From contig JBHGNT010000015.1 of assembly GCA_043228905.1 (NCBI GenBank), forward strand, positions 4,092,001 through 4,156,000: 64,000 nucleotides of DNA, in the 5' to 3' direction. Origin of the DNA: Azolla caroliniana. Its lineage: Eukaryota > Plantae > Polypodiophyta. The first letter of the stretch is position 1, and each line of letters starts with the position of its first letter. Position numbers and translations under genes: made by a program. Below the pieces are notes generated by a model, which was not told the origin of the DNA, searched no databases, and worked only from the letters and a program-made list of their open reading frames with translations. This document shows, piece after piece, positions 11,601-23,486 of the stretch.

Positions 11601-12636
11601 GAATTGTCCGTTTCGTTGTACGAGCCGCTTTACTACCACCGTGATCTCCGACATCGCTCGTTGTTCTTGTAGCATCCGTTCGAACATCATCATCATCATG
11701 TTCATCGCCTCTTGTTGATTCTCCATCTCCTTGCCACCCGCCTTCACGTCGGGTTCACCAACTGTGTCGTGCCTTTCGGCTCCGGATCGTTTGCGTGAGT
11801 CGGGTGGGAACCACCGGGGTTTTGGACTAGGAGAAAGAAAAATACAAATAAGGCTAGTAAAGAATAGGTATAAAGAGTTATAAGATAAGAATCTCGTGAA
11901 TCCCACGAGTTTAGTATATTTAGTCAATATTTAGGTAGTAAGAGAGAATTATTTTAGCAAATTCGTGAATCCCAGGAATATTTTAGATTGATTGATCATT
12001 ATAGAAAAATAATCAACAAAAAAAGAATATGTATTTAGATTGAAAGAAAGATATAAGAAACTTGTGAATCCCACAAGTATAGATTATATTATTTTCGTGA
12101 ATCCCACGATTATATTAATTGGTGTTTTAGGAAATATATCCAATTTCCCAAATATTTTTCACACGCCTATTACATTGTGCTCCCCATCCTTATGTAGTGA
12201 TGGGAGAGACTAAGCATAGCTACATGCTTTTTTTTCTAATATGTTCATGCACACTAAATATGCATGTGATGCTTTTCTAATCCTTGCTTTTATTTGCTAA
12301 ATATAGTGCTCATGCACGCTAGATGTGCATGAGTCACTTTTTAGTTGCTTGCGTTTTTCTATAAAATATTCACGCACTCTAAAAATGCACGATTTACCTT
12401 TTAATAAAGGTAGGTGCAAATAAAGCACTTATAGTTATTAAATCTTTTTGTAGAACACTAAAGATAAGGTAGCATAATGGTAAAGTTGAGGTTTGGCTAC
12501 GTGGAGGTACAAGGTTCAAATCTTGCCCTATGCACGTGATAAATATCTTGATATTCTTATTTTATTTATTTATATGTAATTAAATCGGTTATATTATTTT
12601 TACTTTTTCACGTAGTGTACGAAATACACTACGACA
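8686..12636 (-). mobile_element. Non-autonomous Gag-only LTR retrotransposon (TR-GAG-like, gypsy-related)
   Basis: 872-bp LTRs at 8686-9557 and 11765-12636 (TGTCG..CGACA, about 3 differences seen), 4-bp TSD ACGT, tRNA-Trp PBS (ttcacgtcgggttcacca, 11743-11760) and a PPT at 9558-9571. No PR/RT/IN motifs. Confidence 0.92.
9510..11726 (-). CDS. Gag-like protein with long acidic and basic-repeat extensions (~738 aa)
   Basis: The uninterrupted ORF most likely starts at MENQQEAM just after the PBS. Its N-terminus (FNGNDLSRYL..ELQERIH..WGSFEEAL) aligns with the gag at 50761, and the stop lies inside the 3' LTR. Confidence 0.8.
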   Translation of the reverse strand: MENQQEAMNMMMMMFERMLQEQRAMSEITVVVKRLVQRNGQFNGNDLSRYLHDYKAEMIRCGIPEGLQVTSFNRVATDELQERIHKIRQQNSTWGSFEEALREAYDYKRSKGQDRREFDEWVASEKTHRSATQAFLEFENRFARLSEREQRLVGEDKVLMFVKSIDRKERMDIGIELEDDDGTNGLTENWAEVQRVCRRHDERKMRILSTTWPMKDGRLKTNDGADMKAEIQHDGATEEGVKQATLLSCERTMAKDKADNPSVEEDFGIQVSETSGEKGVSIIDVCIIDAVKESKEDLIEEVATKDDIESKVAMDESMTDGHIETSPPLILETPAVAFERQRETEETEGGGEKTKVEVDAYDGEIAENMAMGETMEDDNTEDSYPLILETSAVVSENQRETGETGGGSKKGKVGSRFGWKVIRTGFRSERKPNRVKEDSTKSRPERKPNRKEENSAERRHKRKPNRANEDSAERRPERKPNRANEDSTKSRPKRKPNRKEENSAERRHKRKLNRANEDSAERRPERKPTRKGVDLVKTDRPSLTWPNANMDGSRPSRKPIRRDRSGKKLIRLNRRLDRSRLVKTRKRKPTETETDRSKPGRKETDSIKTKQPIPIRPNTNPIGSRSNRKSIGRERSGKKSRLMKTRKRPVKDTTMNDKGQEYDEREQIIWWIGWRQWFGWKEWVYSKWRDKVDIAGQTEDEGETTSIGNFGTYRRMCGFGGGECRSVFRTLREKVKII

Positions 12637-14291
12637 ACGTAACCCAGCTCCACGTGCTCTTTACTTAACTCCACCCCAGAACAATTGAAATTTTCGGTCG
12701 ATGCTAAGGCACCTTCTCTCTTTGTAATCACGCACTTGGATTCATCTAGACTTCACTCATCATTTTGTTCTACCAAGAATATTAACACCCTCGCGGACAA
12801 CCATATGATCTGAGGCTTGTTGTCAAGGAGTTTCGTCCAAATATTGTTCACTAATAGAAACAATAACATTTTACATGGAGACCAATGATCATCGACCATG
12901 GGGCTCGAACCCATGAACACAAGGTTAAGAGCCTTGCGCTCCATGTGCTTTTCGATAAGGTGTATTTATTGCGAGTGGATCAAACGTTTTCCTTTGACAA
13001 TGGAAGTAAGTGCCTTGCACACCACTATTGAATTTATTGTGCGACTCATTACAACTTGAAGTATTTTCATGGGTATAGGGATTCGGGAATATTTTAGTTA
13101 GAGGCTATTCCGATCTTCCATCAAAGGTACACCCCCACTTTGTAGTTTCGACAAAGCACTTCTATTCATCTAAAGGTAACTGATAATTTCGCTATGAAAC
13201 GAATATTAAGCGGCTTTCGTACAACCATATGAGCTCAATGTTTTGGTCAAGTACATTCATGTATCTTTCATTGATTGATACAAAAAACACAAATGGTTGC
13301 TGACCATAGGACTCGAACCCATGACCAAAAAGCTTAGCGCTTTTTCCTCTACTGTAAACCTAACCCGTCTCCACACTCTCGTTACTTAACTCAACCCCAC
13401 AACAATTGCAATCTTCAGTCGATGCTAAGGCGCCTTCTCTCACTGTGATGACACACTTGGAGTCATCTAGAGTTGACTCATCATTTTGTTCTAACAAGAA
13501 TATTAACACCCTCGCGGACCACAATATGATCAGAGACTTGCATGCAGATATTGTTCACTAATTGAAACAATAACATTTTACTTCGAGACCACTAATCGCT
13601 GACCATGGGGCTCGAACCCATGACCACAAGGTTAAGAGCCTTGCACTCTACCTTCTGAGCTAGGCTGGCTCCATGTGGTTTTCACTAACTTTCACAATAG
13701 GAATAAGTGCCCTATACACCACCATTGAATTTAGTGTGCGACTCATTACAACTCAAAGCGTTTTCAAGGGTATAGGGATTTGTGAATAATTTAGATACAG
13801 CCTATTCCAATCTTCCATCGAAGGTACGCCGCCGCTTCATAGCTCTGATGAAACACTTCCCAGTCATCTAAGGGTAACTGAAAATTTCTCTATGAAAAGA
13901 ATATTACACGACTTCCGTACGGCCATATGAGCTCGATGTTTTGGTCAAGGATATTCATGTATCTTTCGTTGATTGATAAAAAAAACACAAATGGTTAATG
14001 ACCACAGGGCTCGAGCCTATGACTAGAAGGCCTAGCGTATTTTCCTCTATCGTAAACCTAACCCAGCTCCATGTGCTCTTTACATACCTCAACAACAGAA
14101 CAATTGACATCTTCCCTCGATGCTAAGGTGACTTCTCTCATTGTGATGACGAACTTGGATTCATCTACACTTGACTCATCATTTTGTTCTCACAAGAATA
14201 TTAACACCCTCGTGGACAACCATATGATCTAAGGCTTGCCGTCAAGGAGTTTCGAATAGAAAGAATAACATTTTACTTCGAGACCAACGAT

Positions 14292-14364
14292 CGCCGACCA
14301 TGGGGCTCGAACCCATGACCATAAGGTTAAGAGCCTTGCACTCTACCATCTGAGCTAGGCCGAC
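14292..14364 (-). tRNA. Near-intact tRNA-Lys(CUU) copy
   Basis: 73 nt with intact A/B boxes and anticodon; one anticodon-stem mismatch and extra G-U pairs. Confidence 0.5.
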
Positions 14365-17300
14365 TCCATGTGCTTTTCATTAAGGTGTATTTATTGGGAT
14401 AAGAGCAAACGTTTTACTTTGACAATAGGAGTAAGGGCCTTGCACACCACCGTTGAATTTAGTGAGCGACTTATTACAACTCAAAGCATTTTAACGGGTA
14501 TAGGGATTTGTGGAAATTTTCGTTGGAGGCTATTCTGATCATCCATCCAAGTATAGCACCGCTTCGTAGCTCCGATGAAGCATTTCTAGTCATTTAAAGG
14601 TAACTGAGAATTTTGCTATGAAAAGAATATTAGGCGGCTTCCGTACGACCATATGAGCTAGGTGTTTTGGTCAAGCATATTCATGTATCTTTCATTCATT
14701 GATAAAAAAATTATACTCAAACACAAATGGTTACTTACCATCAGGCAACTAGTGGTTTGGTATGTTAGGTACAATATGGATACCATACGTATATAACATA
14801 TTAATACTCGTATAGTACCTCCCAATTTAAAAATACTTTAAATACGTTTTCTTAATATGTTAAATACTTATTAAATACATAAAATACGTATTTTACATAT
14901 AGTATGTTAAATACTTCTAGAATTTGAAATTTATTTACCTAAGGTATAATTATTGGGAGTCGACCAAACGTTTTACTTTGACAATAGGAGTAAGTGCCCT
15001 GCACACCACCATTGAATTTAGTGTGCGACTCATTACAATGTGAATATTTTAGATAGAGCCTATTCCGATCTTCTATCGAAGGTATGCCGCCGCTTCGTAG
15101 CTCCAATGAAGCACTTCTAGTCATCTAAAGCTAATTGATAATTTTACTATGAAAAGAATATTGAGGGGCCTCCATACGACCATATGTGCTAGTTGTTTTG
15201 GTCAAGCATATTTGTGTATCTTTCGTTGATTGATAAAAAAATCATACTCAAACACAATTGATTGCTGATTATAGGGATCGAGCCCACGACCACAATGTTT
15301 ACTTACCTAAACCCATCTGCACGCGCTCTTTAATTCAAGACAAATGATCGCCGACCATGGGGCTCGAACCCATGACCACAAGGTTAGAAGCCTTGCGCTC
15401 TACCATCTGAGAAGGGCGGCCCCATGTGCTTTTCACTAAGCTATATTTATTGGGATAAGAGCAAACGTTAAACTTTGACAATAGGAGTAAATGGTATAGG
15501 GATTTGTGGAAATTTTACTTAGAGACTATTTCGATCTTCTATGGAAGATACGCCGCCGCTTCGTAGCTCTGGTGAAGCACTTCTACTCATCTAAAGGTAC
15601 CGAATAATTTTTCTATTAAAAGAATATTACAGAGCTTCCGTACGACCATATGATGTTTTGGTCAAGCATATTCATGTATCTTTCGTTGATTGATAAAAAC
15701 ATTATATTCAAACACAAATGGTTGCTGACCATACGGCTCCAAACCATGACCAGAAGCCTTAGCACATTTTTGTCTATCATAAACCTAACCCAGCTCCATG
15801 CGCTCTTTACTTAACTCAACCCCAAAAAAATAGTGATCTTCCGTAGATGTTAAGGCGCCTTCTCTCACTGTGATGACACACTTGGAGTCATCTAGACTTG
15901 ACTCATCATTTTGTTCTAACAAGAATATTAACACCCTCATTGACCACCATATGATTTGAGGCTTGCCGTCAAAGATGTTCATGCAGATATTGTTTACTAA
16001 TAGAAACAATAACATTTTACTTTGAGACCAATGATCGCTTTTCGACCATGGGGCTCGAACCCATGACCACAAGGTTAAGAGCCTTGCCCTCTACCATCTA
16101 AGCTAGGTCGGCTCCATGTGCTTTTCACTAAGGTGTAATTATTGGGATAAGACCAAATGTTTTGCTTTGAAAATAGAGTAAGTGTCATGCACACCACTGT
16201 TGAATTTAGTGTGCGACTCATTACAACTCGAAGCATTTTCAAAGGTATAGGGATTTTGTGAATATTTTAGTTAGAGGCAATTCGGATTGTGCATCGAAGG
16301 TACAACGCCGCATTGTAGCTCCAATGAATCACTTCGAGTAATCTAAAGGTAACTGATCATTTTTCTATGAAAAAAATCTTAAGTTGCTTTCGTACGACCA
16401 TATGACCTCGATGTTTTTGTCAAGCACATTCATTTATCTTTCGTTGATTGATAAAAAAATTATACTCAAACACAAATGGTCACTGACCATAGACCTCGAG
16501 CCCATGACCACAAGGCTGAGCAGCTTTTCCTCTACCCTAAATCTAGCTCTCATCTCAATGCACTCTTTACTGAATTCAAACTCATAACAATTCTGATCTT
16601 CGGTTGAAGGTAGGGTGCCTTCTCGCACTTTGATGACACACTTTCAATTATCTAGACTTGACTCATCATTTTGTTCTAACAAGAATATTAATGATGAGCC
16701 TCGCGTACACCGATATGATCTTAGCCTTTACATCAAAGCCTTTCGTGCAGATATTGTTCACTAATAGAGACATTTTAATACAACACAAATGATCGCAAAC
16801 CATGAGTCTCGAACCCATGCCTTGCGCTCTACCATCTGAGCTGGGCCGGCTCTATATGCTTTTCGCTAAGTTGTATTTATTGGGACTAGAGCAAACGTTT
16901 TACTTTGACAATAGGAGTAAGGGCCTATCACACCACCGTTGAATTTAGTGTGCGGCTCATTACAACTCAAGCATTTTCACGAGTATAAGGATTTGTGAAT
17001 ATTTTAGTTATAGGCTATTCCAATCTTCCATCGAAGGTACGCCACCACTTCCTAGCTCCGATGAAGCACTTCTAGTCATCTAAAGCTAACTGATAATTTT
17101 GCTATGAAAATAATATTTTGCGGATTCTGTACAACCATATGAGCTCGACGTTTTGGTCAAGCACATTCATGTAAGTTTTGTTGATTGATACGAAAATTAT
17201 ACTCAAACACAAATGTTCGTTGACCATAGGGTTTAAGCCCATGACCAAAAGGTTGAGCGTCTTATCCTCTACCCTAAACCTAACCCGGCTCCATGTGCTC

Positions 17301-17662
17301 TTTATTGAATTCAACCCCATCACAATTGTGATCTTCCATCGAAAGTGGGGCTCCTTCTCTCACTCTGATGATGCACTCATCATTTTGTTCTAACAAGAAT
17401 ATTAGCATCCTCATGGACAACCATATGATCTGAGATATTACGTCAAGGACTTTCGTATACATATTGTTCACTAATAGAAACATTTTACTACAATATCGAT
17501 GATGGCTGACCATGGGGCTCAAACCTATGACCACAAGGTTAAGAGCCTTGTAGTCTACCATCTAGGCTAGGCCGGCTCCATACGCTTTTCACTATGGTGT
17601 ATTTATTGGGAGTGGAGAAAATGTTTTACTTTGCCAATAGGAGTAGGGGTTGTGCACACCAC

Positions 17663-18279
17663 TTTTGCCTTCCTCTCCAGACAGAACACCTTCGATTCCT
17701 AACCGGAATCGGACCAAAGGACTGTGGTACGTGGTGGTCAGGTCTCTTTTACGAAACGGTGTCGCGTTGTTACGCGCGTGCGTGTAGAAGGGCGAGACCA
17801 CGGGGGTCTTGGACTAGGGAGTGGAGGAGAAAGATTAGCTCAAGAGGAGAAGAGAACGAATATGACATTATGATAGAAGAAGAAGATGCAATCAAGATAC
17901 TCAACAAGAAGTTCTATTAAGAAATCAATGATTACAACAAATGGTGGCCGCCATGGCCGCACCAAACGACTATATGAAAAACCCTAAAGGAAAACCCAAG
18001 AAGAAAATCGTAACCGAAACCCTAACCCTAAAACGAAATGGGAAGAAGTAGAACCCTCGACTAAGTGGTATACCTTACTCACACAAAATAGGCAACCCCC
18101 ACAATGGTGCCTTCTCTCTCCTTTTATAGCACAAGGAGGGAAGACCGCTTACAAAAGTGAGACTAAAATATCCCCTTTCATTCAAAGGGGATATTTGCCT
18201 TGATTTGGGGGAGGGTGAGATTGATGGCCCCTTAACTCCCACCTCCTCACAAACAACTAGGTACCTATGTACCGCATAG

Positions 18280-18341
<62 letters not shown>

Positions 18342-18905
18342 TCTCTCTCGCGTGGATGTGCGTACAACCACATCACCTTTATACCTTTATTACTATTACA
18401 AATACATTATGTACGTGTGCAACGTTGCACATTGCTCTTTGGCTCTCGTTGCTCGGGTTTCCGCTTGTGGACGAAAATCTTCACGACAACGGGATGACAC
18501 CCTACAGATTATGTAAGAGGATACCTCGGGTTATGCATACACGATAGGGAGAGATAGATTACTTAACAATTATTGAAAGCGAACAATGACACAAAATAGA
18601 CCCAACATTGTTTAGATTACGGAAATGAGTACTGATTACAGTTACACGGCTATCTACCGAAATGTATCAGATACACTTTAGTAGGATTAATTACGTACTA
18701 GTACCCTCAGACTTCTCTCCTATAGGTCTCTCTTTCTTCCTTCTATCTCCTACTCCTTATATAGAGGCTCCTCGTCACACTCCTTCTCCTTCCACGTTTT
18801 CGGTTGTGTTTTTTTTGGCTCCTTCTGATTGCTTTCGGTTGTTTACGTACTGCTACCTAATTCCTATTGTGATTCGTATGTTACTATTCTGGCCCATGGA
18901 AAACA
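17663..18905. mobile_element. ~510-bp solo-LTR-like insertion, itself interrupted by a second solo LTR
   Basis: 5-bp TSD ACCAC at 17658-17662 and 18906-18910 inside a repeat unit. The ends are ttttgcc and ggaaaaca. Confidence 0.7.
17760..18488 (-). mobile_element. Solo LTR of the TGTCG..CGACA gypsy group
   Basis: Termini tgtcgcg and cacgaca, 4-bp TSD ACGG, the shared U5 motif at 17797-17814 and a (CT)n tract at ~18282-18349. Confidence 0.85.
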
Positions 18906-20795
18906 ACCACCGTTAATTTTAGTGCGTGACTCATTACAACTCAAAGCATTTTAACGAATATAGGGATTTGTGAATATTTTAGCTAAAGGCTATTCGAAGG
19001 TACGACACCGCTTCATAGCTCGGATGAATCTCTTCGAGTCATCCAAAGCTAACTTCTCATCTAAACCTATCTCGGCTCCATGCACTCTTTACTTAACTCA
19101 ACCCCAGAACAATTGCAATCTTCGGTCGATGCTAAGGTGCCTTCTCTCACTGTGATGACGCACTTCGAGTCATCTAGACTTGACTCATCATTTTGTTCTA
19201 ACAAGAATATTATTAACACCCTCGCCGACAACCATATGATCTACGGCTTTCCGTCAAGGACATTCCTGTAGGTATTGTTCGCTAATAGAGACATTTTACT
19301 ACGACACCAATGATCTCCGACCATGGGGCTCGAACCCTTGACGACAAGGTTAAGAGCCTTGGGCTCTACCATCTGAGCTAGGCCGGTTGCATGTGCTTTT
19401 CACTAAGTGTATTTATTGGGAGTGGATTTACTTTGACAATAAGAGTAAGAGCCCTCCACACCACCGTTGAATTTATTGTGCGACTCATTACAACTCGAAG
19501 CATTTTCATGAGTATAGGGATTTGTGAATATTTTAGTTAGAGTCATCTAAAGGTAACTGATAATTTTGCTATTAAAAGAATATTAGGAGACTTCTATACG
19601 ACGAGATGAGCTCGAGTTTTTGGTCAAGCACATTCATGTATCTTTCATTGATTGATTAAAAAATTATACTCAAACACAAATGGTTGCTCACCATATGGCT
19701 CGAGTCTATGACCAAAAGGCTTAGTACCTTTTCCCCTACCGTAAACCTAACCCGGCTCCACGCGTTCTTTACTTAACTCAACCCCAAAACAATTGCGATC
19801 TTCGGTCAATGCTAAGGCACCTTCTCTCACTATGATGACGCACTTCGAGTCATCTAGATTTGACTCATCATTTTTTTCTAACAAGAATATTAACACCCTC
19901 GTGGACAACCATGTGATCTTAGGCTTTCCGTCAAGGACTTTCGTGCAAATATTGTTCAATAATAGAAAGATTTTACTACAGGACCATCATGCAAATATTG
20001 TTCCCTTTAATAGAAACATTTTACTACAAGACCAATAATCGCTGACCATGGGGCTCAAACTGATGACCACAAGGTTAAAAGCCTTGCGCCCTACCATCTG
20101 AGCTAGGTTGGTTCCATGTGCATTTCACTCAAGTGTATTTATTGGGACCAAACATTTTACTTTTGACAATAGGAGTAACGGTCCTACACACCGCCATTTG
20201 AAGTTAGTGTGCAATTCATTACAACTCAAAGCATTTTGAAGAGTATAGGGATTTCTGAATATTTTAGTCAGTGGCTATGCCGATCTTCCATCGAAGGTAC
20301 GCCGCCTCTTTGTAGCTACGATGAAGCACTTCTATTCATCTAAAGGTAACTGATAATTTTGCTATAAAAAGAATATTAAGTGGCTTCTGTACGACCGTGT
20401 GAGCTCGATGTTTTGGTCAATCACATTCATGTATCTTTCGTTGATTGATACAAAAATTATACTCAAACACAAATGGTTGTTGACCATAGGGCTCGAGCCC
20501 ATCACTAGAAGCCTTAGCACCTTTTCCTCTACCGTAAACCTATCCCGGATTCAAGCGCTCTTTACTTAACTCAACCCCAGAACAATTGCGATCTTTTGTC
20601 GACAGTAAGGTGACTTCTCTCACTGGGATGACACACTTGGAGTCATCTAGACTTGACTCACAATTTTTTTCTAGCCACAATATTAATTGTTAAGCCTCGG
20701 GGACAACCATTGGATCTGAGGCTTTCCGTCAAGGACTTTCGTGCAGATATTGTTCACTAATAGAAACAATATCATTTTACTACGAGACCAATGAT

Positions 20796-20868
20796 CACCG
20801 ACCATGGGGCTCGAACCCATGATCACAAGGTTAAGAGCCTTGCGCTCTACCATCTTAGCTAGGCCGGC
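20796..20868 (-). tRNA. Near-intact tRNA-Lys(CUU) copy (last copy of the array)
   Basis: 73 nt with the anticodon arm and B box intact; a few substitutions in the D stem, variable loop and acceptor stem. Confidence 0.5.
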
Positions 20869-21083
20869 TCCATGTGCTTTTAACTAAGGTATTTATTGGG
20901 AGTGGACCACATGTTTTTATTTGACAATGGGAGTAAGGACCATGCACACCACCGTTGAATTTAGTGTGCAACTCATTACAACTCGAGGCAGTTTCACGGG
21001 TACAGGGATTTGTGAATATTTTAGTTAGAGGCTATTCCGATCTTACATTGAAGGTACGTAGTCACTTTGTAGCTCCGATGAAG

Positions 21084-23486
21084 ACAATAGCCAAAGAACA
21101 TCTATAACAAGAATCATGAACCCCAACTAATGTTGGCAAAGAAAAGGAGCCCGAGTCCACGACTGATGAGCTCATAAAGGGAATGAAGGATTTACAACTC
21201 AAGTTCACAAAGCTTGAGAAGGGAGAAAGCTCAGGTATCAGATAAAAGCCCAATGGGGAAGAAAAAGGTGAATTAGTTTGTCGATGCATATGGTGCAATA
21301 GCACGGAGCACCTCAAAAGGAAGTGTTAGAAAGAAACTTTATCTTCTATCAAAATGAGAGGATCCACTCATCGGAGACCTAATAACCCCTAAAATCTAAC
21401 TTCGGCAAAGGTGGGATGAAGAAATTGATGAAGGACAAAGAGTCGAAGAATGTTCAAGCGATGTACTTTTCGACTACCTTCAGGTTGAAGGTTGATGATC
21501 TCAAGATTGGATCAAGATTTTGGGGAAAGGTGATAAAGTCCAGTAATGACAAAGAGTCCAACCACCGGACTTACGAGAGGTCGGCGACGAGATGAATAAT
21601 ACTAGGTGGAATGACCTAGTATATTTCAATGATCGCCAAGATAGCAAGGATGAATGCCCATGAGGTGATTGTTGAAGAAAAGAGAAGAAGAACGGAAGAA
21701 GCGAGTCCTTCAAGAAAAACCGAGATCCGTGAGCAAAAGAAAGAAGAAATGGATAGAGCTACTGTGGGGCGATGAAAGAAGACAAAGGTAAGAAGAAGGT
21801 CGCCCCGTCATTCAAACTTGCTTCCGATATCGAAACACCCACCGACCTAAACCAGGTGCTCTAGAATCTAGGATTCTTGACAACGAAGTCGAGTAAACAC
21901 TTCGCGAAGTATTAGGGATCGAGAAGGAGTTCCACGAAGTGATTATCGACGTGATTCGAAGAAAAAGACAAGTGATTGAAGAAACATGTGCAGTAAATAC
22001 CGTCATGATATGGGAGGAAGATGAAGATATGGACACTGCATTGTTAGCTAGGGTACGGAGTGCCAACATGTAGTGTAGTCGTGAAGTGGAAAGAAGCCAT
22101 TACACCCGCGTGCACTGGGCTCGAGCAACAACCGAGTTTCCAATCAGAATTGGAGATCAGATGGAACCGTGTGTGGTGCGCATCAACCATGGCTCCGAGA
22201 TCAACATCATATCATTTGATTTCTACAATCACGGCATATTGCCAATAGAGAGGAACCATGGCTGGAAGGTTAGAGTAGCAATGAAGGTCATGAAGGATTT
22301 ATGTGGTGCATGCCCCAATATTAAAGCTACGATTGGGAATATGTTAGTAGATCAAAACTTCTTCGTCCAAGAGAAGTCATTTTATCTGGTAATCCTGGGG
22401 TAGTCGTACATCACATCAATATGGATGGAGACTAAAGTGATTGATAATGGAGCAGCATTTGGCAAGATTCGGAGTCAAGATGGGAAGAGGTCGGTAATGT
22501 TCCTTCTGTTCAACCAAATCAAGAAAGGAATAAGGAGCATCTATGGGATCATCCACAACGAGATGTGGAGATTTCGTACAAGATTTGCAAGATAGGCCCT
22601 TACAAAAAAGGGCCATGAAGCCCCAAGGGAGAACATGAGGATTTTGAAGAGGATCAAAATGAAGTAATGTGAACTCGCCCACAGGTGTCCAAGTTTAGAG
22701 GGGGTGGGTGTCGTGAAGTTGAGGATTCACGATATTGAAACAATGTTAAAAATATTTCGAAGTACATTTTCCATTTGGAGCTTGAGACGAGGAGCATGTA
22801 GGATTTTTATATTCATGAATTGGAGTTTGGAAGCCCAAGATACAACCTCTAGAAGGATCAATGTTACCTTCAAGATCACTCAGGACACAAATGTAATTAT
22901 ATAAAAAAGGGGAGTTCGAAATTAAATGAGGGCAATTTTGTAATTTCTGGATTGTAAAAAATATAAAATAGAATTTATAAATAAATAAAAATTAAAAGAA
23001 ATAATAATAATAATAATAATAGTGTCCATGCATGAGGCGGTTTGTCAATGGCCTCAAGGAGGGTGGTTGGGCAGTTTACCCCCTATAAAAGCCACTTCCA
23101 TGGTGGTTGAGAAGGGGGGAAGAAGAGAAAGCCAGTGAAGAAGTTCACGAGGGTGGGGATGCAGAGGTCACGAAATCAAGAAAATGAAGAAGTTGAAGTA
23201 GTTTATCTCAAAACCTTATCGGAAATAAAGGTTGTGAGTTTAAATCCTACCAAAATCACTTCCATTTGCTAAACAAGTTTTGTAAGATAAGCATACTATA
23301 TATAAAGACAAAGTTAAAATAATAGAGAAAAAAAAGAGTTTAAGTGGTTTATTTGATAAACCTTATTTCTAAGAGAGGAGCTAAGTTTGAGTCTTGCAAA
23401 ATAACATTTGGCAAACAAATATTGTAACTGGTTTTCTACAAATAAAATTATTTTCATCACAACATCACATCTATCTTGTCATGACA
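21084..23486 (+). mobile_element. Degraded gypsy element (gag-protease remnant, PPT, 3' LTR ~22709-23486)
   Basis: Fragments RSHYTRVHWARATTE..INHGSEINII..GACPNIK match the ORF at 48587-50761. The PPT agagggggtggg is followed by tgtcgtgaag, and the LTR ends catgaca. Many stop codons and no RT. Confidence 0.75.

Larger units (their letters stand above)
1..21083 (-). repeat. Tandem array (~720-750 bp unit) of tRNA-Lys(CUU) plus a degenerate tRNA-like copy; interrupted by TEs; probably continues left of the window
   Basis: The motif cgccgaccatggggctcgaacccatgaccacaaggttaagagccttgcgctctaccatctgagctagg recurs with conserved flanks at ~431, 1168, 1912, 2635, 3370, 4106 (partial), 4363, 5161, 5683, 6395, 8190, 12890, 13597, 14292, 15349, 16040, 16794, 17504, 19315, 20040 and 20796. 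Confidence 0.95.

Noticed and set aside
11727-11927. N-terminal extension of the 805-aa ORF
   Set aside because: It starts at a non-ATG codon inside the LTR and crosses the PBS. The ATG at 11726 is the more plausible start.
18010-18032. Telomere-like aaaccctaaccctaaaa
   Set aside because: Only about two units inside an LTR (telo-box-like); not a telomeric tract.
18075-18497. RE-repeat and LS-repeat ORFs
   Set aside because: Translations of a (CT)n microsatellite.
103-20038. Many short, mutually similar ORFs in the array (e.g. MVERKALNLVVMGSSPMV)
   Set aside because: They are translations of the tRNA and spacer repeat, with inconsistent frames and stops between units.
1-21083. CRISPR-like repeat/spacer array
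   Set aside because: The spacers are homologous to each other and hundreds of bp long, the context is eukaryotic, and there are no cas genes.
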